Shown piece by piece: positions 47,900 to 57,762 of a stretch of 64,000 bases of DNA. The notes beneath the pieces are model-generated. The model had not been told where the DNA came from, did no database searches, and saw nothing but the letters and a program-made list of their open reading frames with translations. Made by a program: the position numbers and the translations under genes. Numbering within the stretch: position 1 is the first letter of the stretch; each line of letters begins with the position of its first letter. Origin of the DNA: Oligoflexales bacterium (GTDB lineage Bacteria > Bdellovibrionota_B > Oligoflexia > Oligoflexales > Bog-1112); NCBI GenBank assembly GCA_045105515.1, contig JBGCDR010000036.1, positions 1 to 64,000 on the forward strand, given 5' to 3'.

Positions 47900-47926
47900 G
47901 ATAGATTTAACATTTCGTCACTATTA

Positions 47927-49177
47927 TTAGCGCACTTGATTCATAACTGAAAGCATAGGAATGAGTAAAGCCATCACAACACCTACAACAATGACGCCCA
48001 TGACTATAATCATCAAAGGTTCGATGAGAGAAATCAAAGAATCGATCTTCCTCTCAACTTCAGCGTCATAGGCATCGGCAACATGGCGAAGCATTTGCTC
48101 TAGTTCCCCAGTTCTTTCTCCGGTCCGAATCATGTAGGTAACAAGGGCAGGGAAACGTTTACTACGATCTATTGGGACCCAAAGAGCTTCACCCTCTTGA
48201 ACCGATATTTTAGATTCCTCTAGCACATTGGCAATTAGAGAATTATTAATAATGTTTTTAGTGATTTCTAATGCTGCAATAATTGGCACACCGCTGCTAA
48301 GCAGGGTTGACAAAGTCTTTGTAAATTTAGAAACGTTTACTCGGAGAACTACATCGCCAATAATTGGGGCCTGCAAAGACAAACGGTCTGCAATTCTTCT
48401 ACCTTTTTCGGTTTTGTACCAAGAAACTAATAAGAAGTAGCAAACACCAATACCAATTAAGACAAGGATCCACTGATTCTGAAGAAACTTAGAAAAATCC
48501 ATTAACAGTTTAGTAAAGGGCGGCAAAGTCACACGCAGACTGATAAACACTTTTTCCAGTTTGGGAACCACACTGATGAAAAGATAACCTATAATACTGA
48601 GTGATGCCGTGATCATTAGAGCTGGATATGTGAGAGCACTAAAAATCTTCCCGCGAATAGCCACCTGATATTCCAAAAAATCTGCAAGCCTCTCTAAAAC
48701 CAAGCCAAGATTGCCTGAAGATTCACCGGCTTTTACCATATTGATATAAAGTCTGTTGAAAACCCTTGGGTAGCCATTTACATGCATAGCTTCAGCCAGA
48801 GACTTCCCTTCGGAAACAGAACCTTTGACGGCTGAAAGAGTATTACTAAGTAAGCGGTTTTCTACTTGGTTAGTGAGGGCAACGAGACACTCATCTAGGG
48901 GAACATGGGCTTTCTGCAGTGTAGCAAACTGTCTGGTCATAATTGAGAGTTCGGGTAGAGTAACTTTTTCTTGCCGAAGCGAGAAACCGCCACTCGAATT
49001 ATCACCTTTCTTGAGGGCTACCTCTTCTTTGATCTCAGAGGCTATGACTTTGTCTTTTGATCTTAGCTTCTGTCTAGCAGCACGCAGAGAGTCGGCTTCG
49101 ATCTTCCCCTTGCGGTTTGCGCCTGAGGTTATGTCATACCCTTTATAGAGGTATATAGGCAATGAAGACTCCTGCAC
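47927..49177 (-). CDS. gspF: Type II secretion platform protein GspF
   Basis: MVKAGESSGNL, ALTYP, TLLSSGVPI, GERTGELEQML, LIEPLMI. Confidence 0.96.
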   Translation of the reverse strand: MQESSLPIYLYKGYDITSGANRKGKIEADSLRAARQKLRSKDKVIASEIKEEVALKKGDNSSGGFSLRQEKVTLPELSIMTRQFATLQKAHVPLDECLVALTNQVENRLLSNTLSAVKGSVSEGKSLAEAMHVNGYPRVFNRLYINMVKAGESSGNLGLVLERLADFLEYQVAIRGKIFSALTYPALMITASLSIIGYLFISVVPKLEKVFISLRVTLPPFTKLLMDFSKFLQNQWILVLIGIGVCYFLLVSWYKTEKGRRIADRLSLQAPIIGDVVLRVNVSKFTKTLSTLLSSGVPIIAALEITKNIINNSLIANVLEESKISVQEGEALWVPIDRSKRFPALVTYMIRTGERTGELEQMLRHVADAYDAEVERKIDSLISLIEPLMIIVMGVIVVGVVMALLIPMLSVMNQVR

Positions 49178-49192
49178 TAAAACTAAACCAAG

Positions 49193-51019
49193 TTATAACT
49201 CGCCTATCTCTATATCCTCAGTTTGGGTTTTTTGTATCGCTTCTTCGATAGATGTGATGCCGTCTAAAACTTTGGAAACAGCTGATTGACGGAGGGTTTT
49301 CATTCCATTTTCAACCGCTTGCTTGCGAATCACGTTTGCATCCTGAGTTTTTAGGATTAATTCTTTAAGTTTTTCATCCATAACCAAAAGCTCGTGAATT
49401 CCTGCTCGATCTTTGTAGCCTTGGCTATGACATTGGTCACAACCTTTACCTGCCTTGAAAATCTCCTGACCAACAATGTCTTCAGGGCCCAATTCCATAA
49501 GCTTCAACTCACGTTCACTTGGTTCATGCTTAACCCGGCAGTGAACACATAAACGTCTTATTAAGCGAGTTGCCATTACTCCCAAAACTGCTGAGGCAAT
49601 CTGAAATGGCTGAATATTCAGATCGTCGAGTCTAGTGATGGTAGAGGCAGCATCGTTGGTATGCAAGGTTGAAAAAACCAAGTGACCAGTTAATGAAGAC
49701 TGGACTGCAATATTCGCCGTTTCCTCATCCCTAATCTCACCTATCATTATAACATCTGGGTCCTGGCGAAGAATAGCCCGCAGCCCTTCACTAAAGGTCA
49801 GGCCAATTTTTGACTTGACATCGATTTGGCCAATACCTGGGAGCCTGTATTCCACCGGGTCTTCAATGGTTAGGATATTGATATCGGTGGTATTAATGTG
49901 AGTAATCGAAGAATAAAGCAAAGTGGTCTTACCGGAGCCGGTAGGACCAGTCACCAGAATAATTCCATGTTTTTGGGCGATTAAGTTCGTCCATGAACGA
50001 TATATTTCAGGATGCAAGCCCATTTGGTCAAGTCTTTTAACTCCTGCAGATTTGTCCAGGATACGCATGACCACTCGTTCACCAAGTGCAGTTGGAAGAA
50101 CAGAAAGACGTACATCAGCATCTTTGCCCGCAACTTTTATACTGATTCGGCCATCTTGAGGGACTCTTTTTTCTGCAATATTTAGCTTACCGATGATCTT
50201 GATTCTGGAGACCACTGAGCCTAGGTGGCGTTTATTGAGCTGCATGGTGTCATGCAGGGTTCCATCAATTCGAAAGCGAACCACGATTTCTGTTTCATAA
50301 GGTTCTATATGGATATCTGAAGCCCGCTCTTTAACTGCACGGGATAGAAGGCCATTGACTAGGCGAATGATGGGTTTCTCATCATCTGAGGACTCCAGCA
50401 GGTCTCTGGTTTCCTCTAAGTCATCTTCATCACCGGTTCCGATTTCAGGAACATTTAATTCATCGATGACTTTTTGGGATGCGTCGTTTGAACGTTCGTA
50501 AACCCTATTGATGGAATGGTTTATGACAGATGGCGAGCATACTATCATATTGATATTTGTTGATAAAATGAGCCGCAGATCATCCATAGGAAAAATATTC
50601 AAAGGGTCTGCAACCGCGACTGTGACATTAAAATCATCCCTAGCAATTGGCAGAATTAAGTTATCGCGTGCAAATTGAATTGGAATGTTGTCGACCAATG
50701 AAGGGTCGATATCATTAATGGGGAGTTTTTCGTAATAAGGTAAATCGAGCTGGTAGGCAAGAGCCTTGAGCATATCTTCTTCACTGATGTATGCTTTATC
50801 AACAAGGATCTCACCAAGCTTACGTTTTTCAGCTCCCTCTCCTTGAAAACTGAGCGCTTCTTTTAGCTGATCTTCAGTAAGAGCAGAGGATTCAATCAGA
50901 ATCTCACCTAGAGACTTTCGTTTTGTTTTACGAAAAGTCGCGGAGGGGAGTTCATGCCATTTTGTCTTCTCAGGAGGGGTGTTTATATCCCGCGCCAATG
51001 GATCGTTTGGGTCACTCAT
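49193..51019 (-). CDS. gspE: Type II secretion ATPase GspE
   Basis: ASDIHIEP, GPTGSGKTT, TIEDPVEY, LRQDPDVIMIGEIRD, TGHLVFSTLH, CxxC/CxxC; N-terminal MshEN-like repeats. Confidence 0.97.
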   Translation of the reverse strand: MSDPNDPLARDINTPPEKTKWHELPSATFRKTKRKSLGEILIESSALTEDQLKEALSFQGEGAEKRKLGEILVDKAYISEEDMLKALAYQLDLPYYEKLPINDIDPSLVDNIPIQFARDNLILPIARDDFNVTVAVADPLNIFPMDDLRLILSTNINMIVCSPSVINHSINRVYERSNDASQKVIDELNVPEIGTGDEDDLEETRDLLESSDDEKPIIRLVNGLLSRAVKERASDIHIEPYETEIVVRFRIDGTLHDTMQLNKRHLGSVVSRIKIIGKLNIAEKRVPQDGRISIKVAGKDADVRLSVLPTALGERVVMRILDKSAGVKRLDQMGLHPEIYRSWTNLIAQKHGIILVTGPTGSGKTTLLYSSITHINTTDINILTIEDPVEYRLPGIGQIDVKSKIGLTFSEGLRAILRQDPDVIMIGEIRDEETANIAVQSSLTGHLVFSTLHTNDAASTITRLDDLNIQPFQIASAVLGVMATRLIRRLCVHCRVKHEPSERELKLMELGPEDIVGQEIFKAGKGCDQCHSQGYKDRAGIHELLVMDEKLKELILKTQDANVIRKQAVENGMKTLRQSAVSKVLDGITSIEEAIQKTQTEDIEIGEL

Positions 51020-53402
51020 TCAATTCCTCGCCAGGTTGTGAATCATCTAGACCATTAGATGCCTTTGATGGGGGAGGTGGTGATGCTGGCCCATCAAAAC
51101 CTCCGTCATCTCCTCCTCCTGCTGGGATAGGGACCGTTGCTTCTACATCTTTTTTGACAGGAGCTGGGGCCTGTTCACTAGAACTCCCCATTCCTTCATA
51201 GCCTATAGCTTTATAAACTCCTTGGCGCTGATTTTCACGGAGTTTCTCCTCTGCTTCGTCCACAGTAGTTGGTTTATAAGCGCCGTCTTCAGGACGAGGA
51301 AGTGCTTTGTAGAAGTCTGATTCTTGATAACCAGAACCATAAATATCCTCCATAAACCCATCTCGTTCCTTAATTTTAGATTGATAAATGGATGCCAAGT
51401 CATTGGCTCCATGCACAATATGGGGGGTAAGGAAAATTACTAGATTGCTTTTCTGGGAGTATGTGGTTGAGTTTCTAAATAGCCATCCTAAGATTGGAAT
51501 ATCCCCTAAAAGAGGAATCTTTTTATATGATTCAAATTCTCTATTTTCGACAAGGCCAGAAACTACAATGGTTTGCCCGTTTTTGACAGTGACGATCTGC
51601 TTAGTCTTACGTTTGCTTACCATGGGCAGTCCTTCATCGGATAGGCCCTTCAAAGAATTAGACTCTAAAGTTAGGTCTATAGTCACATAGTTGGAATGAC
51701 TGATATTTGGTTTGATATTTAAAGATAGGTCAATATCTTCTTTTTCTACCTTTGAGACTGCAGCACCAGTAGTTGGGTTTGTGGAAGATGACCTGAAAAA
51801 GACTTTTTCACCTACGGAGATTGCAGCTTCTTCATTGTTAGAGGTGAGGATATGGGGTGAGGCCAAAACCCGGGTATTGCCATCTGACTTAAGTAGGTTT
51901 ATTAGAGCGCCTGGCCTAAAATCTCCTAAACCGGGAACCTTTACAGTTTGTCCAGACAGAATCCCAATCGCCATATTATTGGAGAAGGCCTCTGCCACCT
52001 GTTGGGTATTACTACTTGTGGGGTTATCTTGTACCTGGGAAACAATAAGAGGAGCCATGCCGCCGGCTTCCCAAGCCGTTACTGCTTTAGTTCCTTCATC
52101 GTTTGCACCACCAAAACCACCAAAAATTGAGGTTCCGAAGTTAAAGTCGTTCCGTTCATTAATGTCGAGGATGTCAGCTTCAATAAATACTTGGCTACGC
52201 CTAACATCGAGCTTACGGATGATTGAATTTAAAGCATCATAAGCCGATCGATTACCAGTGATTAGTAGTGAGTTAGAAGCTTCGTCTGCGGTGATTTTGA
52301 CTCCATCTCCGAGATCAGCAACGCTCGTGGTTCCAGGGGCTGCACCTTTACGAGGGGTGCGTTTGGTTGGTGGTCTTCTTAGGTTACCTCTGCTTGAGCC
52401 TGATGTTAGGGAAGACAGGGTGCCTGCAAGTTTTTTGGCGTCAGCATAATCGAGCGGCCGTACATGTATGGAAGCTTGTGCGGTAGGATCATCAAGAGGG
52501 ATGTCGAACTTTTTCACAAGTGCTCGGATATCTTGAATGGTACGCGGTGGCCCAAAGATGATAACTGAGTTTGATCGTTCATCGATCAGAATTTTGAATG
52601 AGTGATAAGCGCTGCGAGTGCGCTTCTTGTTGGAAGAGCTTGTGCTAGACCTCAGAATTTCATTGACCTTGTCCGCAATGCTTTTAGGGTCGGAGTATTT
52701 TATGGGAACGATCAAAACTTTGGGCTGTTGAGTCTGGACATCTAACAGCTCCAATATCTCTAAGACTCTTCTGACTTTATAACCACTCTCGCTGATAATA
52801 AGTGTGTTGGTTGGTTCATAAGCTATCATTGAGTTGGTGGAAACTATGCGAGATAAGGTTGTCTGAACCTGTTTTGCATCTATGTATTTCAAGGGAATGA
52901 TTTGAGTGATGATTTCGTCAGTACGAGGAGCCCAACTGGACCCAAGGTAAGTCTTCAAATTACCTTTAACCGCATTCCTGACTTTCATCACCTTAATAAC
53001 TTTTCCCGTTTCGACTGTTGTCAAGTTGAGCATATTCAAGGCTGACAGAAAGGCCTGATAGGCTTCTTCTTTGGTAACCTTTTTTGGAGAAATAATCTGC
53101 ACTTTCCCTGTGACATTGCGGTCAAGGATGACGTTCTTTCCAGTCCACAAAGCTACTGCCTTGATAATATCTTTAATATCTGTCAGCTCAGGGAAATCCA
53201 TGTTCACAAGCTCACGGCCCTCGGGAATGCTTGCTGCTCCTTTGGTTTTTACCGCAGAAGTTGGTTCATTCTGAGTTAAGTTTGGAGAGGATGACCTTGC
53301 GCTTTGCCCGAAGGCGGCACTGCTTACAAACCATAAAAATATTTGCAAGTAAAAAAATACCTTGAATCCTCTGCTAACAATTTTCACAAGTAGTTCCCCC
53401 AC
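51012..53402 (-). CDS. gspD: Secretin GspD, long paralogue
   Basis: N0-N3 domains, QVFIEADI, KIPLLGDIPILGWLF, LVIFLTPHIV; acidic Pro-rich C-terminal extension. Confidence 0.95.
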   Translation of the reverse strand: MGELLVKIVSRGFKVFFYLQIFLWFVSSAAFGQSARSSSPNLTQNEPTSAVKTKGAASIPEGRELVNMDFPELTDIKDIIKAVALWTGKNVILDRNVTGKVQIISPKKVTKEEAYQAFLSALNMLNLTTVETGKVIKVMKVRNAVKGNLKTYLGSSWAPRTDEIITQIIPLKYIDAKQVQTTLSRIVSTNSMIAYEPTNTLIISESGYKVRRVLEILELLDVQTQQPKVLIVPIKYSDPKSIADKVNEILRSSTSSSNKKRTRSAYHSFKILIDERSNSVIIFGPPRTIQDIRALVKKFDIPLDDPTAQASIHVRPLDYADAKKLAGTLSSLTSGSSRGNLRRPPTKRTPRKGAAPGTTSVADLGDGVKITADEASNSLLITGNRSAYDALNSIIRKLDVRRSQVFIEADILDINERNDFNFGTSIFGGFGGANDEGTKAVTAWEAGGMAPLIVSQVQDNPTSSNTQQVAEAFSNNMAIGILSGQTVKVPGLGDFRPGALINLLKSDGNTRVLASPHILTSNNEEAAISVGEKVFFRSSSTNPTTGAAVSKVEKEDIDLSLNIKPNISHSNYVTIDLTLESNSLKGLSDEGLPMVSKRKTKQIVTVKNGQTIVVSGLVENREFESYKKIPLLGDIPILGWLFRNSTTYSQKSNLVIFLTPHIVHGANDLASIYQSKIKERDGFMEDIYGSGYQESDFYKALPRPEDGAYKPTTVDEAEEKLRENQRQGVYKAIGYEGMGSSSEQAPAPVKKDVEATVPIPAGGGDDGGFDGPASPPPPSKASNGLDDSQPGEELNE

Positions 53403-53638
53403 AGTAAATTTGGGACTTCGTCACTAAACACAATCAACACAGCAAGTAGAAAAGTACCCGTACCATCAAAAGTGGCTGGGTTCAATGCCCAGGCAAAGCT
53501 ATTTGTATCCCATGCAATTAAATGTTTCATCCTGTAAACTCATTAACTGATAACTTCCGGCTTCACTTCTTCTATTTGCTCTTGCTACTTATCCCCTTGT
53601 ATAGATCCCAGTTCGGAAAAAATAGATGATTCATTAGT

Positions 53639-55669
53639 TTATTCCCTTTGTCTTTTACTCAAAAAGAAGTCGGTTTCCTTTTGTTTATCTTGGTATATGC
53701 GCTGTAGGTCAGAAGCTCCATGAATGACATAAGGGGTAAGAAAAATAGCAAGTTGCTTGGTTTTTGTCACCTTTACGTTGTTGCGAAATAAGTGGCCAAT
53801 AATTGGAATGTCTCCAAAGAATGGAATTTTACTAGCGGTTTCTGATTCGATAATACTTTTAAGACCTGCAATAACAGCTGTTTGGCCATTTTGAAGAAGT
53901 ATTGATTGTTTAATTTTTTTCTTGCTGATTTGGGGAAGTCCAAAACTAAAGCCAGAAAGCTCCGTAGCATCGAGCATTAAGATTAGACTTAGGTCATTGT
54001 TGCTGCTTATTTTTGGTTGAATGGTAAGGTTCATGTCGATGTTTTCTTTTTCTACCTTTGAGCGAGTTGTTCCTAAACTATCAGTGTCAGAGCTACGGAA
54101 AAATATTGTTTCCCCTACAGTTATGTTGGCTTCCTCATTATCTACCGTCAGGATATAAGGAGAAGATAAGACGCGGGTATTTGAGTCTGTTTTAAGCAAG
54201 CGAATCAGCGCTCCTGGAGTGATGGTTCCTAGTCCAGGTACCTCCACACCTTTTCCAGCAAGAGCTCCGATACTCAATCCTTCTGTGGTGGCGGAAGTGA
54301 ACTGTTGAGCTCTAGCTCCTTGGGACGTGGAAAGTGCGTTTGAGCTTGCTAGTATCATGGGAGCCATGGTCTTTGCTTGCCAGGCAGTGATAATATCTGT
54401 ACTGCCAGCACTTCCAGCAAAAACGGAAGTACCAACTGTGAAGGTATGATCATCACTTATCTCCAAAACATCGACTTCGATGAGTATTTGGCTCCGACGT
54501 TTGTCAAGCTTTTGAATGATATAGTCAACATCTCGAAACTGGCTTCTGGTACCTGCTACGATAATTGAGTTTGAAGGTTCATCAGCTGTAATTTTAAGCT
54601 GACTGATTTTTTTTGAGTACGTATTCGCTTTTTGTCTATTTGCTAAAGAAAGAGCATTTAATACGCCTGCAAGTTTTTTTGCATCAGCAAACTCAATGGG
54701 CCTTAGGTGGATGCTAGCTTCACCTGCGTCGATTTTTGGAGCTAGGTCGAGGGATCGAGCTAGTTTTGTGAGCCTTTCTATCATAACTGGGGGAGCCATG
54801 ATTGCTATAAGACCATGGCCATCTAAGCTTATGATCTTATAGCTTACTTTTCTAGTTGTGGATTTTTTCCCTCTAGCACTGTTTGCCTCCACTTCAGAAA
54901 ATTCTTTAATCTTTTTACTCAGCTCAGAAGGTAATGCATGTTTTATAGAGATCATTTTGAGGCTCGGTTGTTGTGAGCCTACATCGAGGAAGGAAATAAT
55001 ATCGAGGATTCGTTCAATTTTTTTTGCGCTATCAGTAATAATCAAGGTGTTCGTATTTTCTATTGCGATCATTGACCGTGGGGTTGCAAATCGAGATAAG
55101 GACGCCAGAATCCATTTTGCTTGAATATATTTGAGGGGTAGGACTTGGGTGACAAGTTCATCTGAATCAGGGAGTTCTTGTGATGGTCCGTAAATGGGAG
55201 AGTTGCTTTTCATTCCCTCTCTGGTCTTCATTATTTTGACTACTTTGCCGGTTTCTATGGTGCTTAGCCCGAGCATGTCCAGTGCTGACAAGAATGTTTT
55301 ATATGCGTCATCAGGACTTAACTTTTCCGGGGCTATAATTTTAATCTTTCCCTTAACTTTATGGTCCCAAATGAAGTTTTTTTTGGACCATCTGGCAACG
55401 TCGTCCGCTATAATTTGAATGTCTGTGGATTCGAAATAATTGAAACTTATAAGCTTTTCCTTGGAGTTTTTTGTTTTTATGGCAGGGCTTGGTTTTTTTT
55501 GTATCTTTTTTGATTTGGTTTTCTCTTTAGGAATGGTTCCTATGGGTTCAGCAGGAGGTAAGTCTGCAGCAAGACTTGGACATTTGATTCCTGGGAGTTC
55601 ACTAAAAAAGAATCCAAAACTTAGGTAAAGTATTAATGTCATCACCAGCTTGGTGAACTTGCGATGCAA
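53639..55669 (-). CDS. gspD: Secretin GspD, short paralogue
   Basis: N0-N3 domains, QILIEVDV, KIPFFGDIPIIGHLF, LAIFLTPYVI; ends soon after the secretin domain. Confidence 0.93.
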   Translation of the reverse strand: MHRKFTKLVMTLILYLSFGFFFSELPGIKCPSLAADLPPAEPIGTIPKEKTKSKKIQKKPSPAIKTKNSKEKLISFNYFESTDIQIIADDVARWSKKNFIWDHKVKGKIKIIAPEKLSPDDAYKTFLSALDMLGLSTIETGKVVKIMKTREGMKSNSPIYGPSQELPDSDELVTQVLPLKYIQAKWILASLSRFATPRSMIAIENTNTLIITDSAKKIERILDIISFLDVGSQQPSLKMISIKHALPSELSKKIKEFSEVEANSARGKKSTTRKVSYKIISLDGHGLIAIMAPPVMIERLTKLARSLDLAPKIDAGEASIHLRPIEFADAKKLAGVLNALSLANRQKANTYSKKISQLKITADEPSNSIIVAGTRSQFRDVDYIIQKLDKRRSQILIEVDVLEISDDHTFTVGTSVFAGSAGSTDIITAWQAKTMAPMILASSNALSTSQGARAQQFTSATTEGLSIGALAGKGVEVPGLGTITPGALIRLLKTDSNTRVLSSPYILTVDNEEANITVGETIFFRSSDTDSLGTTRSKVEKENIDMNLTIQPKISSNNDLSLILMLDATELSGFSFGLPQISKKKIKQSILLQNGQTAVIAGLKSIIESETASKIPFFGDIPIIGHLFRNNVKVTKTKQLAIFLTPYVIHGASDLQRIYQDKQKETDFFLSKRQRE

Positions 55670-55728
55670 AATATGACCTCCAGTATATAAGGAAAGGCTT
55701 TTAGCCAGCTAATCGGATTGACGATTAG

Positions 55729-56724
55729 TTATTTAATGCGGGCATGTAGAGTCTTGGGTGTCTTACCTTGTCTCAAGACGCGAATAGTAATATCACGTTC
55801 ATCAAGCAATGCCTGATAGAGTGCAAACCCTTGTTCAGCTTCCATTATCGTATCGTTTACCTGTGTGATGACATCACCATTTTGCAGTCCAATTTTGTCT
55901 AGCAAAGTGTTTTTTTGGATAGCAAAAGCCTTAAATCCATTGACTCTGTTTTCTACGGTGTTGGGAACTAGTCTGGCTGATTGAATGATTTTTCCAAAGC
56001 CATCACCCAGCTCACTCTCAACAAAAGCTGCTTGCAGTAGGACAGTGCCTCCTTCGACTTCCTCAACTGCTGGAGAAGATCCGCCACCATTTTCATCGAA
56101 TAGGGAGCCCCTTCCTGCTTCGGCGACTTTAATTTCGAGACACTCTTTATTTCCAGAGTTATTTATGATCACTCGGTTACGCTCGATGCTGACGATCAAT
56201 GCGTCATCCATCCCAATAATCCCATCGCCAGCTTTGTAAATATCGGCTTCATCAAACCCGGCTTCCTTTATGGTTGCCATTGAGTTTTTTTGATTTCCCA
56301 AAAAAATGGTGCCTATGAGGCTGAGCTTTAGTTTGCTTGGGATGCAAGGGGCAGATTCATCAAAATCCTCTTTCCTTTTTTCGGTCGCAGCTTGATCGGC
56401 TTTGTTCGTTTCATCAGGAAGCTCACCGTCAAGACTGAACAAATTTCGTTCGAGAATTTGTTTCTTTAAGCTATGAAAATTTGGTCTTCCCTGCAAGTTT
56501 ACCTGAGGAGCAGAAATTGCAGCTTTGGAAATCTTGTAGTTTCCCACTGAATCCATAATAAACGGTATTAAAAAAGCACCAACAGCACTTGCGCTGATAT
56601 AGGAGACAAATAGGACTCCACTCGACAGAATCGAATGCTTAATGAAGCTGTCCAGAGACTTTTTAAAGCCGCCTGATATCCCGCCTTTTTTAGAGCCAAC
56701 CAGCAATTTTATTTTATCAAACAT
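55729..56724 (-). CDS. gspC: GspC paralogue with HR and PDZ domains
   Basis: TM, ERNLF, LSLIGTI, IERNRVII, PDZ IGLQNGDVITQVN. Confidence 0.88.
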   Translation of the reverse strand: MFDKIKLLVGSKKGGISGGFKKSLDSFIKHSILSSGVLFVSYISASAVGAFLIPFIMDSVGNYKISKAAISAPQVNLQGRPNFHSLKKQILERNLFSLDGELPDETNKADQAATEKRKEDFDESAPCIPSKLKLSLIGTIFLGNQKNSMATIKEAGFDEADIYKAGDGIIGMDDALIVSIERNRVIINNSGNKECLEIKVAEAGRGSLFDENGGGSSPAVEEVEGGTVLLQAAFVESELGDGFGKIIQSARLVPNTVENRVNGFKAFAIQKNTLLDKIGLQNGDVITQVNDTIMEAEQGFALYQALLDERDITIRVLRQGKTPKTLHARIK

Positions 56725-56728
56725 GAGT

Positions 56729-57745
56729 TTACCGAACTTGTAAGTTTATTGTTTGGATCACCCCACCTCTTTCAAGTCTCACCTCTAAATCATTTTCACC
56801 ACGTAATGAGTTAAGAAGTTTGATAGCTTGAGCTGTATCAACTAGGGAGACACCGTTGATTTCTTTAACAACGTCGCCATTTTGTAGGCCGGCTTTTTGA
56901 TAAATTGAGTCCTCCCTGATACGATTGAGTCGAAAACCACTTAATTCGCCGCCTACCAAGTGGGGTTCGGCTTTTGCGTCCTGGAGAATCTTAGCAAAAT
57001 CTGTGGTGAGAAGCTTACGTCTAAAGTCAGAGGACATCGTAATGGCGGCACCCTGGCGCTCAAAACCTTCTTCTTTGTAAGTTTCAGGTGGAGGTTCGGT
57101 AGCATATATTTTCTTGGAAGCAGGTTTTTTAGAGCCGGAAGATTTCTTGCGGCGTTTACTTACTAGCTGCTTTCTCTCGAGCTCGATATATTCCCTATGG
57201 TCCCCACGGTCTATGATCACTTTTTCCCGATGGATTTCTATGATTCTTGCTTTTTGAGCAAGGAGATCTCCTACAAAGAAGCTATTCTGGTTGCGCTTAG
57301 AAGTATCTTCTATAAGAGCAATTCCAGAGTAAGGGTCTCCTCCATATATGGTTCCAAGTAACTTGAGTGGGAGAGTGGATTTAATCGCTTTTGTTCCAGA
57401 GTAAACAGGTTGTTCTTCAGAAGATTCAAGCATATCTTCTTCACCGGTTTTACCTTCTTTATTGAAAAGATTGCGATTGACGATTTCGTCTATTCCTTGC
57501 TTTCCGATGCTTGGTGTTGGTTTTTGAATGGAAGCTACATTCCTGGCCTTGGGAACGATTTTAAGATCACTTTTTGAAGGAAATAATAGGTAGTTGGCAA
57601 TAAGGCTAGCGCCTGTAGCCCCTAAAAAGCCAATGGATACAGCCCCAAAAATTCCCTTCCAAGGGAGTTTTTTCGCCTTATCAAGTTCTATCAGTATGGC
57701 GTTGAGGTTAAGCATAGCTTGTCCTTGAATTAGGTTGCCATCCAC
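56729..57745 (-). CDS. gspC: GspC paralogue with HR and PDZ domains
   Basis: TM, NRNLF, LKLLGTI, IHREKVII, PDZ AGLQNGDVVKEING. Confidence 0.88.
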   Translation of the reverse strand: MDGNLIQGQAMLNLNAILIELDKAKKLPWKGIFGAVSIGFLGATGASLIANYLLFPSKSDLKIVPKARNVASIQKPTPSIGKQGIDEIVNRNLFNKEGKTGEEDMLESSEEQPVYSGTKAIKSTLPLKLLGTIYGGDPYSGIALIEDTSKRNQNSFFVGDLLAQKARIIEIHREKVIIDRGDHREYIELERKQLVSKRRKKSSGSKKPASKKIYATEPPPETYKEEGFERQGAAITMSSDFRRKLLTTDFAKILQDAKAEPHLVGGELSGFRLNRIREDSIYQKAGLQNGDVVKEINGVSLVDTAQAIKLLNSLRGENDLEVRLERGGVIQTINLQVR

Positions 57746-57762
57746 ACTCTGTGGCTGCCAGT

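Noticed and set aside
51388..52449. Long antisense ORFs inside gspD, and similar shadows in gspF, gspM and the KA1-like gene
   Set aside because: They mirror the codon frame of well-supported genes on the other strand and have no recognisable motifs
53403..53638. Gap between the two gspD genes checked for a c-di-GMP riboswitch or sigma54 site
   Set aside because: No GEMM consensus found and GG/GC spacing does not fit -24/-12
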